Under the pieces are notes generated by a model that worked only from the letters and a program-made list of their open reading frames with translations, did not search any database and was not told where the DNA came from. DNA of 59,417 nt from NCBI GenBank assembly GCA_050298055.1, contig JBNKTL010000018.1:29065-88481 (forward strand). Reading direction: 5' to 3'. Source of the stretch: Spirochaetota bacterium. GTDB lineage: Bacteria > Spirochaetota > UBA4802 > UBA5550. The stretch's first letter is position 1. Every line of letters starts with the position of its first letter. Positions 29,939 through 39,089 of the stretch are shown in pieces. The position numbers were made by a program, and so were the translations under genes.

Positions 29939-31021
29939 CTATATAACAATTATATCTTTAGGTGACTTTGTCATCACACGGCATCCCCCGGCGGCAACCA
30001 TCACCATGTCTTCAATCCTTACACCGCCCTTACCCGGCAGGTAGATACCGGGTTCAATGGTGATAACCATATTCTTTTTAAGCCGGATATCTCCGTTCTT
30101 CTTAACCGCAGGCAGCTCATGGACTTCGCAGCCAAGCCCATGGCCCAGGGAATGGCCGAACATCTCCCCGTACCCGTATTCCGTTATGAGGTCCCGGGCG
30201 ACACTGTCAAGCCTTCCCGTTGAAATTCCCGGCCGAACGGCCTTGACGGCTTTCTCCTGCGCTTCCTTTACAACAGCATAAATTTTTTCAATCTCTTTAT
30301 CAACACTATTAACGAAAATCGTTCTTGTCAAGTCTGAATTATATCCCCGGTAAACACACCCCATATCGATCAGGAGGATATCCCCTTGTTTGATCTTTTT
30401 TTTCATTGATGTTTCATAGTGGGGCATGGATGAACCGCTTCCCGACGCTACAATGGCATCGAAGGAAGAACTCCTGCAGCCGTTCTTCCTGTAGAAATTC
30501 TCTATCTCCACCGCCACATCCCATTCGGTTATACCGGGGCTGATATTTTCCGTAAGATACCTGAAACAGCTGTCCGTTATTTCCGCGGCTTTTTCAATAA
30601 GGTCAATTTCCCCCTCATCCTTCACCATTCTGATGATATTTACCTGGCTTCCTCCCGGTTCAAGCTTTATTCCCCGCAGGCTTTTTTTCATCACGTTAAA
30701 TGAGGAGAGGGTCAGAGAATGCTCCTCCAGGAAAAGTTTTTCCCTGTTGAGTCTTTTCAACAGCCCTTTCAGGGTCACATTGAGATCGTCACCGGGAAGG
30801 AGAAATTCCGCATATCCGGCAACAAGAGACTGCGCATATTCGCTGTACCGCGAATCTGAGATAAAAAAGGTCTCCTTCCTGTCCAGCAGCATGAACGCGT
30901 AGGTCCCGGTAAAACCGGTCAGGTACCTGATATTATTCAGGTCGCTTAAAAAATAGGGGAACATCTTCTTCTTATCAAGTTCCCGCCTGAGATGCTTTAT
31001 TCTTTTCGCAGATGATTCCAT
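29939..31021 (-). CDS. Xaa-Pro peptidase (M24 family)
   Basis: RYLTGFTG, IDMG..Y.SDLTRT, HSLGHGLG.EVHE, TIEPGIY, GVRIED. Confidence 0.95.
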   Translation of the reverse strand: MESSAKRIKHLRRELDKKKMFPYFLSDLNNIRYLTGFTGTYAFMLLDRKETFFISDSRYSEYAQSLVAGYAEFLLPGDDLNVTLKGLLKRLNREKLFLEEHSLTLSSFNVMKKSLRGIKLEPGGSQVNIIRMVKDEGEIDLIEKAAEITDSCFRYLTENISPGITEWDVAVEIENFYRKNGCRSSSFDAIVASGSGSSMPHYETSMKKKIKQGDILLIDMGCVYRGYNSDLTRTIFVNSVDKEIEKIYAVVKEAQEKAVKAVRPGISTGRLDSVARDLITEYGYGEMFGHSLGHGLGCEVHELPAVKKNGDIRLKKNMVITIEPGIYLPGKGGVRIEDMVMVAAGGCRVMTKSPKDIIVI

Positions 31022-31233
31022 TTTCTTATGCCGGTACTCTCCGGGTGAACAGTGTTCTCATAAAAGCAGGTTTCTCTTGGGGAAATATTTGTCAAGAAAA
31101 ATGCTTTGAGTCATTAATTGAGTTTTCTGAGAAAAACAGAATCTTTTCAATTTTTTTCTTGGAAAAATATATTACTGCATATATATGTACTCCGAAGATG
31201 ACTTTGCCTGAGTTCTTTTTAAAGGAGTAAAAG

Positions 31234-32010
31234 ATGTCCAGATGCAGTTACACAGTTGATAAAAAGGGAATTGCGGAAATGATAATTGACAATCCCCCTT
31301 TGAACGCGCTCTCCACACCGGTCCTTAACGATATCGAAGAAGCAGTCATCAGGGCCCTCAATGATGATGCCGTACGGGTCATTGTCTTTACCGGCGCGGG
31401 GAAGGCTTTTATCGCAGGTGCGGATATCAAAGAGATCGGCAGGCTGACAAACAGCAGCAGCGGTGAAGAGTACCTCAAGAACGGCCAGGATATCTTTAAC
31501 CTTATTGAAAATGCCCATAAGCCCTTTATTGCCGCGATTAACGGCTATGCCCTTGGAGGGGGCATGGAACTTGCCCTGGCATGCCATATCCGGCTGGCGG
31601 ACAAAAATGCCCGGCTTGGACTCCCTGAAATTAAACTGGGGATTATCCCCGGTTACGGAGGCACACAGAGAGCTGCCAGGATCATGGGAAAGGCCCGGGC
31701 CCTTGAAATGATATTATCAGGCAACTTCTTTTCCGCTGAACAGGCCGCAGAATACGGTTTAATAAACAGGGTCACCCCGGAGGGTAAAGTGGTGAAAGAA
31801 GCCAGGGAACTTGCGTCTGTTCTGGCTTCACGGGGAAGGCCGGCAATCAGGGCCGCAATGAAAGCCGTAAGTGAAGGTCTTGCAGAAAATTTTTCAAAGG
31901 GCCTGAAGCTTGAGAGGGAAGAGTTTGGAAAGCTCTGCGGGACCGAAAATATGAAGGAGGGCGTCTCTGCTTTTCTTGAGAAGAGAGACCCCCGGCCAAA
32001 GGACAACTGA
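31234..32010 (+). CDS. Enoyl-CoA hydratase/isomerase (crotonase) family protein
   Basis: AFIAGADIKE, ALGGGMELALAC, PEIKLGIIPGYGGTQR. Confidence 0.95.
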   Translation: MSRCSYTVDKKGIAEMIIDNPPLNALSTPVLNDIEEAVIRALNDDAVRVIVFTGAGKAFIAGADIKEIGRLTNSSSGEEYLKNGQDIFNLIENAHKPFIAAINGYALGGGMELALACHIRLADKNARLGLPEIKLGIIPGYGGTQRAARIMGKARALEMILSGNFFSAEQAAEYGLINRVTPEGKVVKEARELASVLASRGRPAIRAAMKAVSEGLAENFSKGLKLEREEFGKLCGTENMKEGVSAFLEKRDPRPKDN

Positions 32011-32091
32011 GAGAAGTTCCTGCTTCGGCCGGATAAAACGCCCATAACTCAATTCCTGATATATTAGTGAAGATGAAGGACATTTCAAACT

Positions 32092-32526
32092 GTGAAGATT
32101 AGAAAGGCTTTGCCCGGAGATATTGAAAGAGTCATGGAGATTGAATCGGGAGCTTCCGGCCGGTGGAAAAGGGAATTTTTTCAGAGGGAGCTTGAAACAG
32201 ATTTTTCACTCTTTCTTGTGGCCGAAAAAGACCATGAAATTATCGGTTTTGCCATAGCCTGGGATGTTCCGGGGGAGATCCAGTTGCAGAACATCGCAGT
32301 TGATAAAAACTCCAGGAGAAAGGGAACCGCAACAAGGCTTATGGAATCGATTTACCGGCTTCTGAAAGATGCACTTCCTGAAAAAATACTTCTTGAACTG
32401 AAGGCATCAAATACTCCTGCCGGGAAGTTCTACCGGTCACTGGGATTTGAAAAAACCGGTACCAGAAAAAACTACTATGGAAACGGAGAAGACGCCATCC
32501 TTATGGAGAAGAAAATCGGGCAATGA
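32092..32526 (+). CDS. rimI: Ribosomal-protein-alanine N-acetyltransferase
   Basis: NIAV..RRKG, LELKASN, RKNYY...EDAILM. Confidence 0.88.
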   Translation: MKIRKALPGDIERVMEIESGASGRWKREFFQRELETDFSLFLVAEKDHEIIGFAIAWDVPGEIQLQNIAVDKNSRRKGTATRLMESIYRLLKDALPEKILLELKASNTPAGKFYRSLGFEKTGTRKNYYGNGEDAILMEKKIGQ

Positions 32527-33116
32527 AATTTAAAACCGCACAATTCCTCAAAAGCTGCAGCAAGAGATCAGGATTTCCCGATTACTCCTACCCTGAGTTT
32601 GCTTTTATCGGAAGATCTAATGTGGGAAAATCTTCACTGATAAATATGCTTTTAAACCGAAAAAATCTGGTCAAAACCGGCGCCAAACCGGGAGTGACAC
32701 GGACAATTAATTTCTTTACAATTGACGGGAGCATTTCAATTGCCGACCTCCCCGGTTTCGGCTACGCGAAACTCCCGAAAGAGATCAAGGGAAAATTTCT
32801 GCCGCTCATAAGAGAATATATTACCCGCAGGGAAAACCTGAAACTTGCATTCCTCCTCATAGATATACGAAGAGTCCCTGACGGCTATGAAAGGGAGTTT
32901 ATCAGACTCCTTACGTCAAACAGGGTCCCAGTGGCACTGGTATTGACAAAGTGTGATAAGCTTACCCGGAACCAGAAGATAAAAAAATCAAAAGTTATCG
33001 AAGAGGAACTGGGAATTGAATCGGGAGCCCTGTTCTTCAGCTCGTCAAAAACCGGCGAAGGGAAGAGAGAAATCATCAGCCTCATAAAGGAATATACCAC
33101 AGAGCCCCGGGTTTAA
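32523..33116 (+). CDS. engB: Ribosome biogenesis GTPase EngB/YihA/YsxC
   Basis: GRSNVGKSSLIN, DLPGFGYA, TKCDK. Confidence 0.96.
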   Translation: MKFKTAQFLKSCSKRSGFPDYSYPEFAFIGRSNVGKSSLINMLLNRKNLVKTGAKPGVTRTINFFTIDGSISIADLPGFGYAKLPKEIKGKFLPLIREYITRRENLKLAFLLIDIRRVPDGYEREFIRLLTSNRVPVALVLTKCDKLTRNQKIKKSKVIEEELGIESGALFFSSSKTGEGKREIISLIKEYTTEPRV

Positions 33117-33130
33117 ACCCGGGGCTCTGT
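33099..33130. terminator. Perfect 32-bp palindrome over the engB stop (probable terminator)
   Basis: ACAGAGCCCCGGGTTT|AAACCCGGGGCTCTGT followed by TATT. Confidence 0.6.
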
Positions 33131-33161
33131 TATTAAAAATATTAAGGAAGGAACTTTTATT

Positions 33162-33782
33162 ATGAATCAAACAATAATAAAAATCAGAGGGCTTCTTTTT
33201 TATTTTCTTGTTCCCCTTGTAAAGATTGTGGGGAAAATATCTCTCCCCTTTGCAAAAAAAGATCCTATGATTAATTTTTATAAGATTATGAAAATCCTCA
33301 AACCCATGGACATTATTCTAACAACATCATATGGTCACCTCAGTAATCTCTTTAATCCCGGTAAATTCAAACATGCTCTGGCATATCTGGGTGAAGAGAA
33401 TGGGATACCAGTCATAATTGAATCTATCGGAGAGGGCGTGGCAAAAAAGACCCTTGTTGAATGTTTGTCAACGAAAGATGTTATTGCGGTACTTCGCCCA
33501 AAAAATAATGTTATGTCAACCCCCCGCCAGGTTGATAAAGCTATTCGGTGGCTCAAAAAACAGGAAGGAAAACCCTACGATTTTGTTTTTGATATGAATT
33601 CACAAAAGAGGTTTAAAAACTTTTTCTGTTCGGAACTTATCTATTTTGCAATTAAGCATGTCAATCCTGAAACAGAATTTATACTGAGGAATACTTTTGG
33701 CGTACCCACGGTCACTCCAACAGATTTCTATCGAGCCAATAAGAAGTTTCAATTGATCTATGAAACAAAAAAAAATAAATAA
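33162..33782 (+). CDS. YiiX/YebB-like permuted papain-like (NlpC/P60) amidase
   Basis: PMDIIL, KHALAY (His), GKPYDF, FFCSEL (Cys), VTPTDF. Confidence 0.85.
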   Translation: MNQTIIKIRGLLFYFLVPLVKIVGKISLPFAKKDPMINFYKIMKILKPMDIILTTSYGHLSNLFNPGKFKHALAYLGEENGIPVIIESIGEGVAKKTLVECLSTKDVIAVLRPKNNVMSTPRQVDKAIRWLKKQEGKPYDFVFDMNSQKRFKNFFCSELIYFAIKHVNPETEFILRNTFGVPTVTPTDFYRANKKFQLIYETKKNK

Positions 33783-33793
33783 TTTATTTTTTT

Positions 33794-34570
33794 TTATGAG
33801 ACATGGGCAAGTTTCAGTTTTACATATTTATCACGCAGATCGCAGTAGTCCTTTGAGATATCATAAACCCTGAAGCAGTTCTTGCCTGATATTTTCGCGT
33901 CATAGAGAGCGTCATCAGTGGCTGATTGCATCAATCCATAGAGCCTTGTTATTTTACCCTCATCAATTTTTTTAATCTTATCAAGTTCAAATCTCTTCGT
34001 GGACATACCGGCACTTACTGAAAAGCCCACACTGATCTCCTTGAATTTGAATTTCATTTTTTTAACATCCTCACTGATCTTCATCATAAACTTGATCCCG
34101 CCCCCTGCATCTGTTGCCGGTAATATAACATCAAATTCCTCACCGCCAAACCTTATCAGGTAATCCGTAGGCCGGGCGTTTTTCCTTAAGAGCTCGGTAA
34201 ATTCAAAGAGCACCATGTCGCCGAAATCGTGCCCATACCTGTTATTAATGGCGGAAAAATCATCAATATCATACCTGATAAATGTCACGTGGTAATGATC
34301 CCGGGAAAAAACATCTGACATTCTCGAAGCGGCTTTGAGAATTATGGAAAGATAATCATCCCTGTATTTTAACAGGTTTGTCTTGATATCAAAATTGAGC
34401 TTTTCCTTAAGAACAATGTTCTTCAGCATAACGAGCTGCCTGTCAATCATCATGTCCTTTAAAAGACCAAGCATCTCTTCATTCATGATATTGTGTTTTT
34501 GCATGTGGTTCATGATTCCGATCATATTGGAATCAAAGTCAGACATATCAGGAAGGTCTTCAAGTTTCAT
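33794..34570 (-). CDS. Diguanylate cyclase (GGDEF domain)
   Basis: DIDDF..INNRYGHDFGD, RPTD I-site, RFGGEEF. Confidence 0.9.
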   Translation of the reverse strand: MKLEDLPDMSDFDSNMIGIMNHMQKHNIMNEEMLGLLKDMMIDRQLVMLKNIVLKEKLNFDIKTNLLKYRDDYLSIILKAASRMSDVFSRDHYHVTFIRYDIDDFSAINNRYGHDFGDMVLFEFTELLRKNARPTDYLIRFGGEEFDVILPATDAGGGIKFMMKISEDVKKMKFKFKEISVGFSVSAGMSTKRFELDKIKKIDEGKITRLYGLMQSATDDALYDAKISGKNCFRVYDISKDYCDLRDKYVKLKLAHVS

Positions 34571-34803
34571 GATATACGCCCATTTATATAAGTTTTTTCG
34601 GATTATAACACTTCGCTTACTGCTTTTTTATCCAATAACAGGAACAGCTTGATGTCAATAATTTTTTGAGAAATACCGGTAAATTATAAATATTCAACAC
34701 TATTTATTCAAGATCTTCCTGCGGCTAATACTTTTTTTCTATTTTTTCTGAAACAATAAATTCACAAATTATAATACGAGAAATAATTATTCTTCTGTAT
34801 ATT

Positions 34804-34944
34804 GTCACTACTCAGCTATGTGTAAAAAACTGGTATAATAACAAAAAAAAATACTGATGTGTCCCGCCGCCTTCAGCGGCGGGGACACATCGTTAATGTT
34901 TTTATTGCATTTACATATTTTTAATCATATGGCAGAGTAGTTAT
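34804..34944 (+). mobile_element. ~141-bp MITE copy
   Basis: Ends GTCACTACTCAGCTAT / ATGGCAGAGTAGTTAT; core TGTGTCCCGCCGCCTTCAGCGGCGGGGACACA; flanks TGTATATT / TGTATATA (7 of 8 match). Confidence 0.82.
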
Positions 34945-34955
34945 TGTATATATAC

Positions 34956-35552
34956 CTAAAGTTGAGTCATAAGATACATTATCCTGCTGGCTTTCTCCCT
35001 GGGCATGAGGGTAATAAGGTATGTGGTAATGGTTGCCGTGCCGGCAGCTTCCGCATTGGCATCCATCTGTCTCAGAACATCAATGATAAGAGGATCTTCC
35101 CAGTTCACCATGATCTGTACCGATTCTTCGGGCGGCATATTTCCGATTTTATCCGCCAGGACCTCAACATTTTTTAAATATCCCGCATGCTGTTTTCTGT
35201 TCTTTTCGAACTTCTTCTTCTCCAGTTCAAGTCCTCTGGTTATCTCCCGGATCTTCTCCTTCTCATGCTGCAGGTTCTTTTCCGCGTCCGTGATCATCGC
35301 CTCACGCTTGTCCAGCTCCTCGATCCTCTCCTCCAGTTTCTGCTTTTCTTTCTCGAACTCCTCTCTTTCAATCAGCGACGGCTCGTCACCGGCCTGCTGA
35401 AGAACAGATGCCGGTTCACCTTTAAATTTCTCAACATACCTGTTTATGTCAAGAAACCCTATATAATCCATCCATAAAAGGCCAAATCCTGAAATAAAAA
35501 TGATCAGGATAATAAGATAGATTGTCTTTGCCTTGTCCGATACGCTTTTCAT
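34956..35552 (-). CDS. flbB: Periplasmic-flagellum collar protein FlbB-like
   Basis: N-terminal TM with WMDYIG, coiled coil, NMPPEESV...IIDVLR...MPREKA; distal in the flagellar operon. Confidence 0.75.
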   Translation of the reverse strand: MKSVSDKAKTIYLIILIIFISGFGLLWMDYIGFLDINRYVEKFKGEPASVLQQAGDEPSLIEREEFEKEKQKLEERIEELDKREAMITDAEKNLQHEKEKIREITRGLELEKKKFEKNRKQHAGYLKNVEVLADKIGNMPPEESVQIMVNWEDPLIIDVLRQMDANAEAAGTATITTYLITLMPREKASRIMYLMTQL

Positions 35553-35564
35553 TTTATTACCTCT

Positions 35565-36110
35565 CTACCTGTTCTTCAGGTAACTGTTAATGACATCCTT
35601 CACATAGTCTTTCGTCTCTTTGAAGTCCGGAACACCCTTTGACTTTCTGACCGCGCCCCTTCCTGCGTTGTACGCCGCAAGGGCCTTTTTGTAGTCACCG
35701 TGATATTCTTCCAGCAGGTCCTTGAGGTGTGTCACCCCCGCCCTGATATTTTCAACAGGATTAAAGGGGTCCGTGACATTGTACTCCTTTGCAAGGGCGG
35801 GCATAATCTGCATAAGTCCCATGGCGCCCTTCGGGGAAACTGCCCGTGTATTATATCCCGATTCTTTTTCGATAAGAGCGCTGACGAGAGATGCAGGGAC
35901 CCGGTTCCGGGACGAGTAGTAGTCCACTATTTTATTAATACTCTCCCTGCCAGTGGAGTTTCCTCCTTTAACATTATCCAGGGATTTCTTCTGGACTTCC
36001 CCGTAACCGGAACTCTTTTGTTCCCCGGGATTTATCCGCTTCCGGGAAAGTCCGAACCGGGACCGTATCTCACTGATCCTTGCCATGACATTATACATAT
36101 CTTCAACCAT
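35565..36110 (-). CDS. Lytic transglycosylase (SLT domain)
   Basis: ESGYN.RAVSPKGAMGLMQIMP, ALAAYNAG, ETKDYV. Confidence 0.93.
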   Translation of the reverse strand: MVEDMYNVMARISEIRSRFGLSRKRINPGEQKSSGYGEVQKKSLDNVKGGNSTGRESINKIVDYYSSRNRVPASLVSALIEKESGYNTRAVSPKGAMGLMQIMPALAKEYNVTDPFNPVENIRAGVTHLKDLLEEYHGDYKKALAAYNAGRGAVRKSKGVPDFKETKDYVKDVINSYLKNR

Positions 36111-36119
36111 GCTCTCCCC

Positions 36120-36578
36120 CTACTGCAGTCCCAGTTTTCTCCTGAGGTAGATCTTCTGATTTATATCATCATTCTCCTTGGCGATCTCACTGTTCACGTG
36201 GTAGTTGTATTCCTCCCGTTTTCTCTCCCGGAGTTTCTCCACTACCTTTTTCTCCCTTGAAGCTTCAACCAGCCTGTCCCTGACCTTCTGTACTTCAGGT
36301 TCAATCGCTTCAATTCTTCTCTCGGCCGCGTCTATGGCCCGGTGGGATATATCCAGGTACTTCTCAAGAAATATCCCCTCTGTTATCCCGGACTTCCCCT
36401 TCTTCATCTTCTCCCGGAAGTTCCTCCTGTGAAGATCAATACTTGTCCTGAGTTCATCCTGCCGCGCCCTTTCCACATTCTGCAGTGCAACAATGGCGGC
36501 AAGCTCATTCTTGATCTCCTTTTCAGCAGCTTCCCTTATTTCAAGAAGTTTCTGCAGCCTGAATTTGAACTTCTTCAT
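36120..36578 (-). CDS. fliJ: Flagellar export protein FliJ
   Basis: MKKFKFRLQKLLEIR, coiled coil, follows fliI. Confidence 0.92.
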   Translation of the reverse strand: MKKFKFRLQKLLEIREAAEKEIKNELAAIVALQNVERARQDELRTSIDLHRRNFREKMKKGKSGITEGIFLEKYLDISHRAIDAAERRIEAIEPEVQKVRDRLVEASREKKVVEKLRERKREEYNYHVNSEIAKENDDINQKIYLRRKLGLQ

Positions 36579-36603
36579 GTTTCCTCAATTCCCCATGGAT
36601 ATA

Positions 36604-38007
36604 CTACCTGATAATCGGCGCAAAGGAGGGGGGCTGCGCAACAAAGTCCCCGGCGGATACTCTTTTCTCCTTCTCGGCGAACATTCCCGCGAGCCTGTTC
36701 ACAATGTTCTCATATGTGTCCTCTTCGTATATCCCCTGTTTAAGGAACCCGTTTATCTGACCGATCATGCTTATGGCCCTGTCAACAACCGGGTTGGAGC
36801 CCTTTGCATATGCCCCCAGGTTAATAAGGTCTTCAGCTTCCTTATATGCCGCCAGGAGTTCCCTGAACTTTTCGGCGGCAGACGCGTGTTCCGGGCTGAT
36901 CACATCCTTCATACACCGTGAAATAGAAGCAAGCACATCAATAGCCGGATAGTGCCCTTTATTTGCCAGTGACCTTTCAAGGACAATATGACCATCCAGG
37001 ATACCCCGTGACGCGTCGGCTATGGGCTCGTTCATATCATCCCCCTCAACCAGGACCGAATAGAACCCGGTAATAGAGCCACCTGTTTTACTGGTACCTG
37101 CCCTTTCAAGGAGCCTCGGCATCAGGGAAAATACCGAAGGAGGATATCCCCGTGTTGCGGAGGGTTCCCCTGCGGCCAGTCCCACTTCACGCTGGGCCAT
37201 TGCAAACCGGGTTACCGAATCCATCAATAAGTTTACATGGTTCCCGTTGTCCCTGAAGTATTCGGCTATTGAATGGGCCACGAAGGCTCCCATTATCCGG
37301 AGCATGGGCGGCTGTTCCGATGTTGCGGCAATCACAACCGACCTCTTCAGGCCCTCCTCTCCCAGCTCCTTCTCAACAAAATCCTTTACCTCCCTTCCCC
37401 TTTCACCGATAAGGGCAATGACATTCACATCGGCATCGGTATACCTGGCGATCATCCCCAGGAGGGTGGACTTCCCCACACCGGACCCGGAAAAGACCCC
37501 TATCCTCTGCCCCCTTCCCACGGTATTGAGCCCGTCTATGGCCCTGATGCCCACAGAGAGGGGTTCCGTGATAATTTCCCTGTCCAGGGGATTTCTCCTG
37601 CTTCCCTCCGCGGGGTACTTCTCAAGGGTAAAAACAGGTCCCTTCCCATCAAGCGGCTCTCCGGAACCGGAGATAACCCTTCCCAGGAGTTCCCTGCCTA
37701 CCGGGACCGTAAAGGAAGCCGCTGCCGCGTAGACCTCTGCTCCGGGCACAACACCCTTCATATCGCCTATGGGCATGAGGATGATCCTGTTCCTGTTAAA
37801 ACCCACAACTTCCGCATACAGGTATTCCCCCGGGCCCAGCTTGATCTTGCAGAGGTCTCCGTATTTCACCGCAGGTCCCACAGACTCAATTGTCAGCCCT
37901 ACGATCCGCTCGACCCTGCCGGTCTGCCTGACAATATCAACATCCTCAAGCACCCTCTTGTACTTTGTGAGAACATCGACCTTTTCATAGGGAAGAATTT
38001 TTATCAT
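36604..38007 (-). CDS. fliI: Flagellar export ATPase FliI
   Basis: GSGVGKST P-loop, IGERGREV, MDSVTRFA, ILDGHIVL. Confidence 0.97.
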   Translation of the reverse strand: MIKILPYEKVDVLTKYKRVLEDVDIVRQTGRVERIVGLTIESVGPAVKYGDLCKIKLGPGEYLYAEVVGFNRNRIILMPIGDMKGVVPGAEVYAAAASFTVPVGRELLGRVISGSGEPLDGKGPVFTLEKYPAEGSRRNPLDREIITEPLSVGIRAIDGLNTVGRGQRIGVFSGSGVGKSTLLGMIARYTDADVNVIALIGERGREVKDFVEKELGEEGLKRSVVIAATSEQPPMLRIMGAFVAHSIAEYFRDNGNHVNLLMDSVTRFAMAQREVGLAAGEPSATRGYPPSVFSLMPRLLERAGTSKTGGSITGFYSVLVEGDDMNEPIADASRGILDGHIVLERSLANKGHYPAIDVLASISRCMKDVISPEHASAAEKFRELLAAYKEAEDLINLGAYAKGSNPVVDRAISMIGQINGFLKQGIYEEDTYENIVNRLAGMFAEKEKRVSAGDFVAQPPSFAPIIR

Positions 38008-38065
38008 AGCATGGCCTTTTTATTCATTCTTAACAGGCAGAAAATCGATCTTGTGCCTGTTAATA

Positions 38066-38092
38066 TTATCGGAATAAATTGAAAAAAATTGA
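38066..38092 (-). promoter_or_regulatory. sigma28 (FliA)-like promoter upstream of fliI
   Basis: Minus strand TCAA-N15-TCCGATAA versus consensus TAAA-N15-GCCGATAA. Confidence 0.6.
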
Positions 38093-38119
38093 TATTATGT
38101 CGCATTAAATTTCCTTTAA

Positions 38120-38145
38120 CAGGCTCGACGTCGTCGTCGAGCCTG
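38120..38145. terminator. Hairpin after fliH
   Basis: CAGGCTCGACG-TCGT-CGTCGAGCCTG, 11-bp perfect stem; weak U-tract in the operon direction. Confidence 0.5.
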
Positions 38146-38162
38146 ATTTTTAAATCTATCTT

Positions 38163-39089
38163 TTAAAGCGTACTTGTATTTCGTATGGCTTCTTCTATTG
38201 AATCAAGCTGGGTGGATATACGGGCATCAATTGCGCCTACATCTGTCTCAATGATGCATCCTCCTCTTTCAACCCGTGAATCTTCGTAGATATTCACTTT
38301 TCGGAGAGACTCCATCATCTTTATCAGCTCGTCCTTGTGTGCGGTGGTCATATCAAGGTCGGCAAAGTTCACGCGGATATCGATCCTGTCCCTGTCTTTC
38401 ACCCGCTTAATTGCCTCCTTGATATTGTTGATAACGATTTCCCGTCTTTCAACGATCTCGTCCTTGATGACCTTCCTTGCTATCATAAGGATCATCTCGG
38501 TCATCATCTTCTCCGATGAACGGATAAGGTCATCACGGATATCAACGGCAGTTGATACCACGGTACCGAGCCTGTCAATGAGCCTCATGACTTCCGCCTG
38601 GCCCTCTTTGTAACCTTCTTCACGGCCCGCATCGTAGCCCTTTTTATATGCCTCATGCTCAATCTCCGATACCTTGAGTTCCGCTTCCTTGATCATTTTT
38701 TCGGCTTCGAACTTTCCCCTTTCGATCTCCTTTTCGGAATCGATCTTCAGCCTCTCAAGTTCAATGTTTATCTCTTCCTTTGTCTGCTGGAGTTCCTTGA
38801 ATGCCCGGGACTTTCCCTCCTCCTCGATGGACTTTGCCCTCTCCCTGGCCTCGTCAAGCATCTCCTTGACTTCTTCTTCGGTTTCACGCCTGTACCTTTC
38901 GAGCTCCGCCTCCATCTCTTCAATGGAGGGCCCCTGGTACACATCTATGGGATTGCCGTCTTCATCAACCTCAAATTCCTTGAACTCCTCGGCATCCATG
39001 AGGTCTTTCTGGTATTTGTGCGGCAGTTCAATCTGCTTGGCAATATTTGACTGTCTTACTTCGCTTGGTTTAAAAACTAATCTAGACAA
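38163..39089 (-). CDS. fliH: Flagellar assembly protein FliH
   Basis: GxxxG repeats (GYDAGREEGYKEG), GGCIIETDVGAIDARI; TTG start at 39089 after GAGGAGG, overlapping the fliG stop. Confidence 0.94.
   Translation of the reverse strand: MSRLVFKPSEVRQSNIAKQIELPHKYQKDLMDAEEFKEFEVDEDGNPIDVYQGPSIEEMEAELERYRRETEEEVKEMLDEARERAKSIEEEGKSRAFKELQQTKEEINIELERLKIDSEKEIERGKFEAEKMIKEAELKVSEIEHEAYKKGYDAGREEGYKEGQAEVMRLIDRLGTVVSTAVDIRDDLIRSSEKMMTEMILMIARKVIKDEIVERREIVINNIKEAIKRVKDRDRIDIRVNFADLDMTTAHKDELIKMMESLRKVNIYEDSRVERGGCIIETDVGAIDARISTQLDSIEEAIRNTSTL

Noticed and set aside
9878..34944. MITE copies as integron attC sites
   Set aside because: Ends are GTAAC/GTTAC rather than RYYYAAC/GTTRRRY, orientations are mixed, copies have target duplications and no integrase is present
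8919..34944. Repeats as a CRISPR array
   Set aside because: Copies are dispersed over kilobases, not regularly spaced, and no cas genes are present
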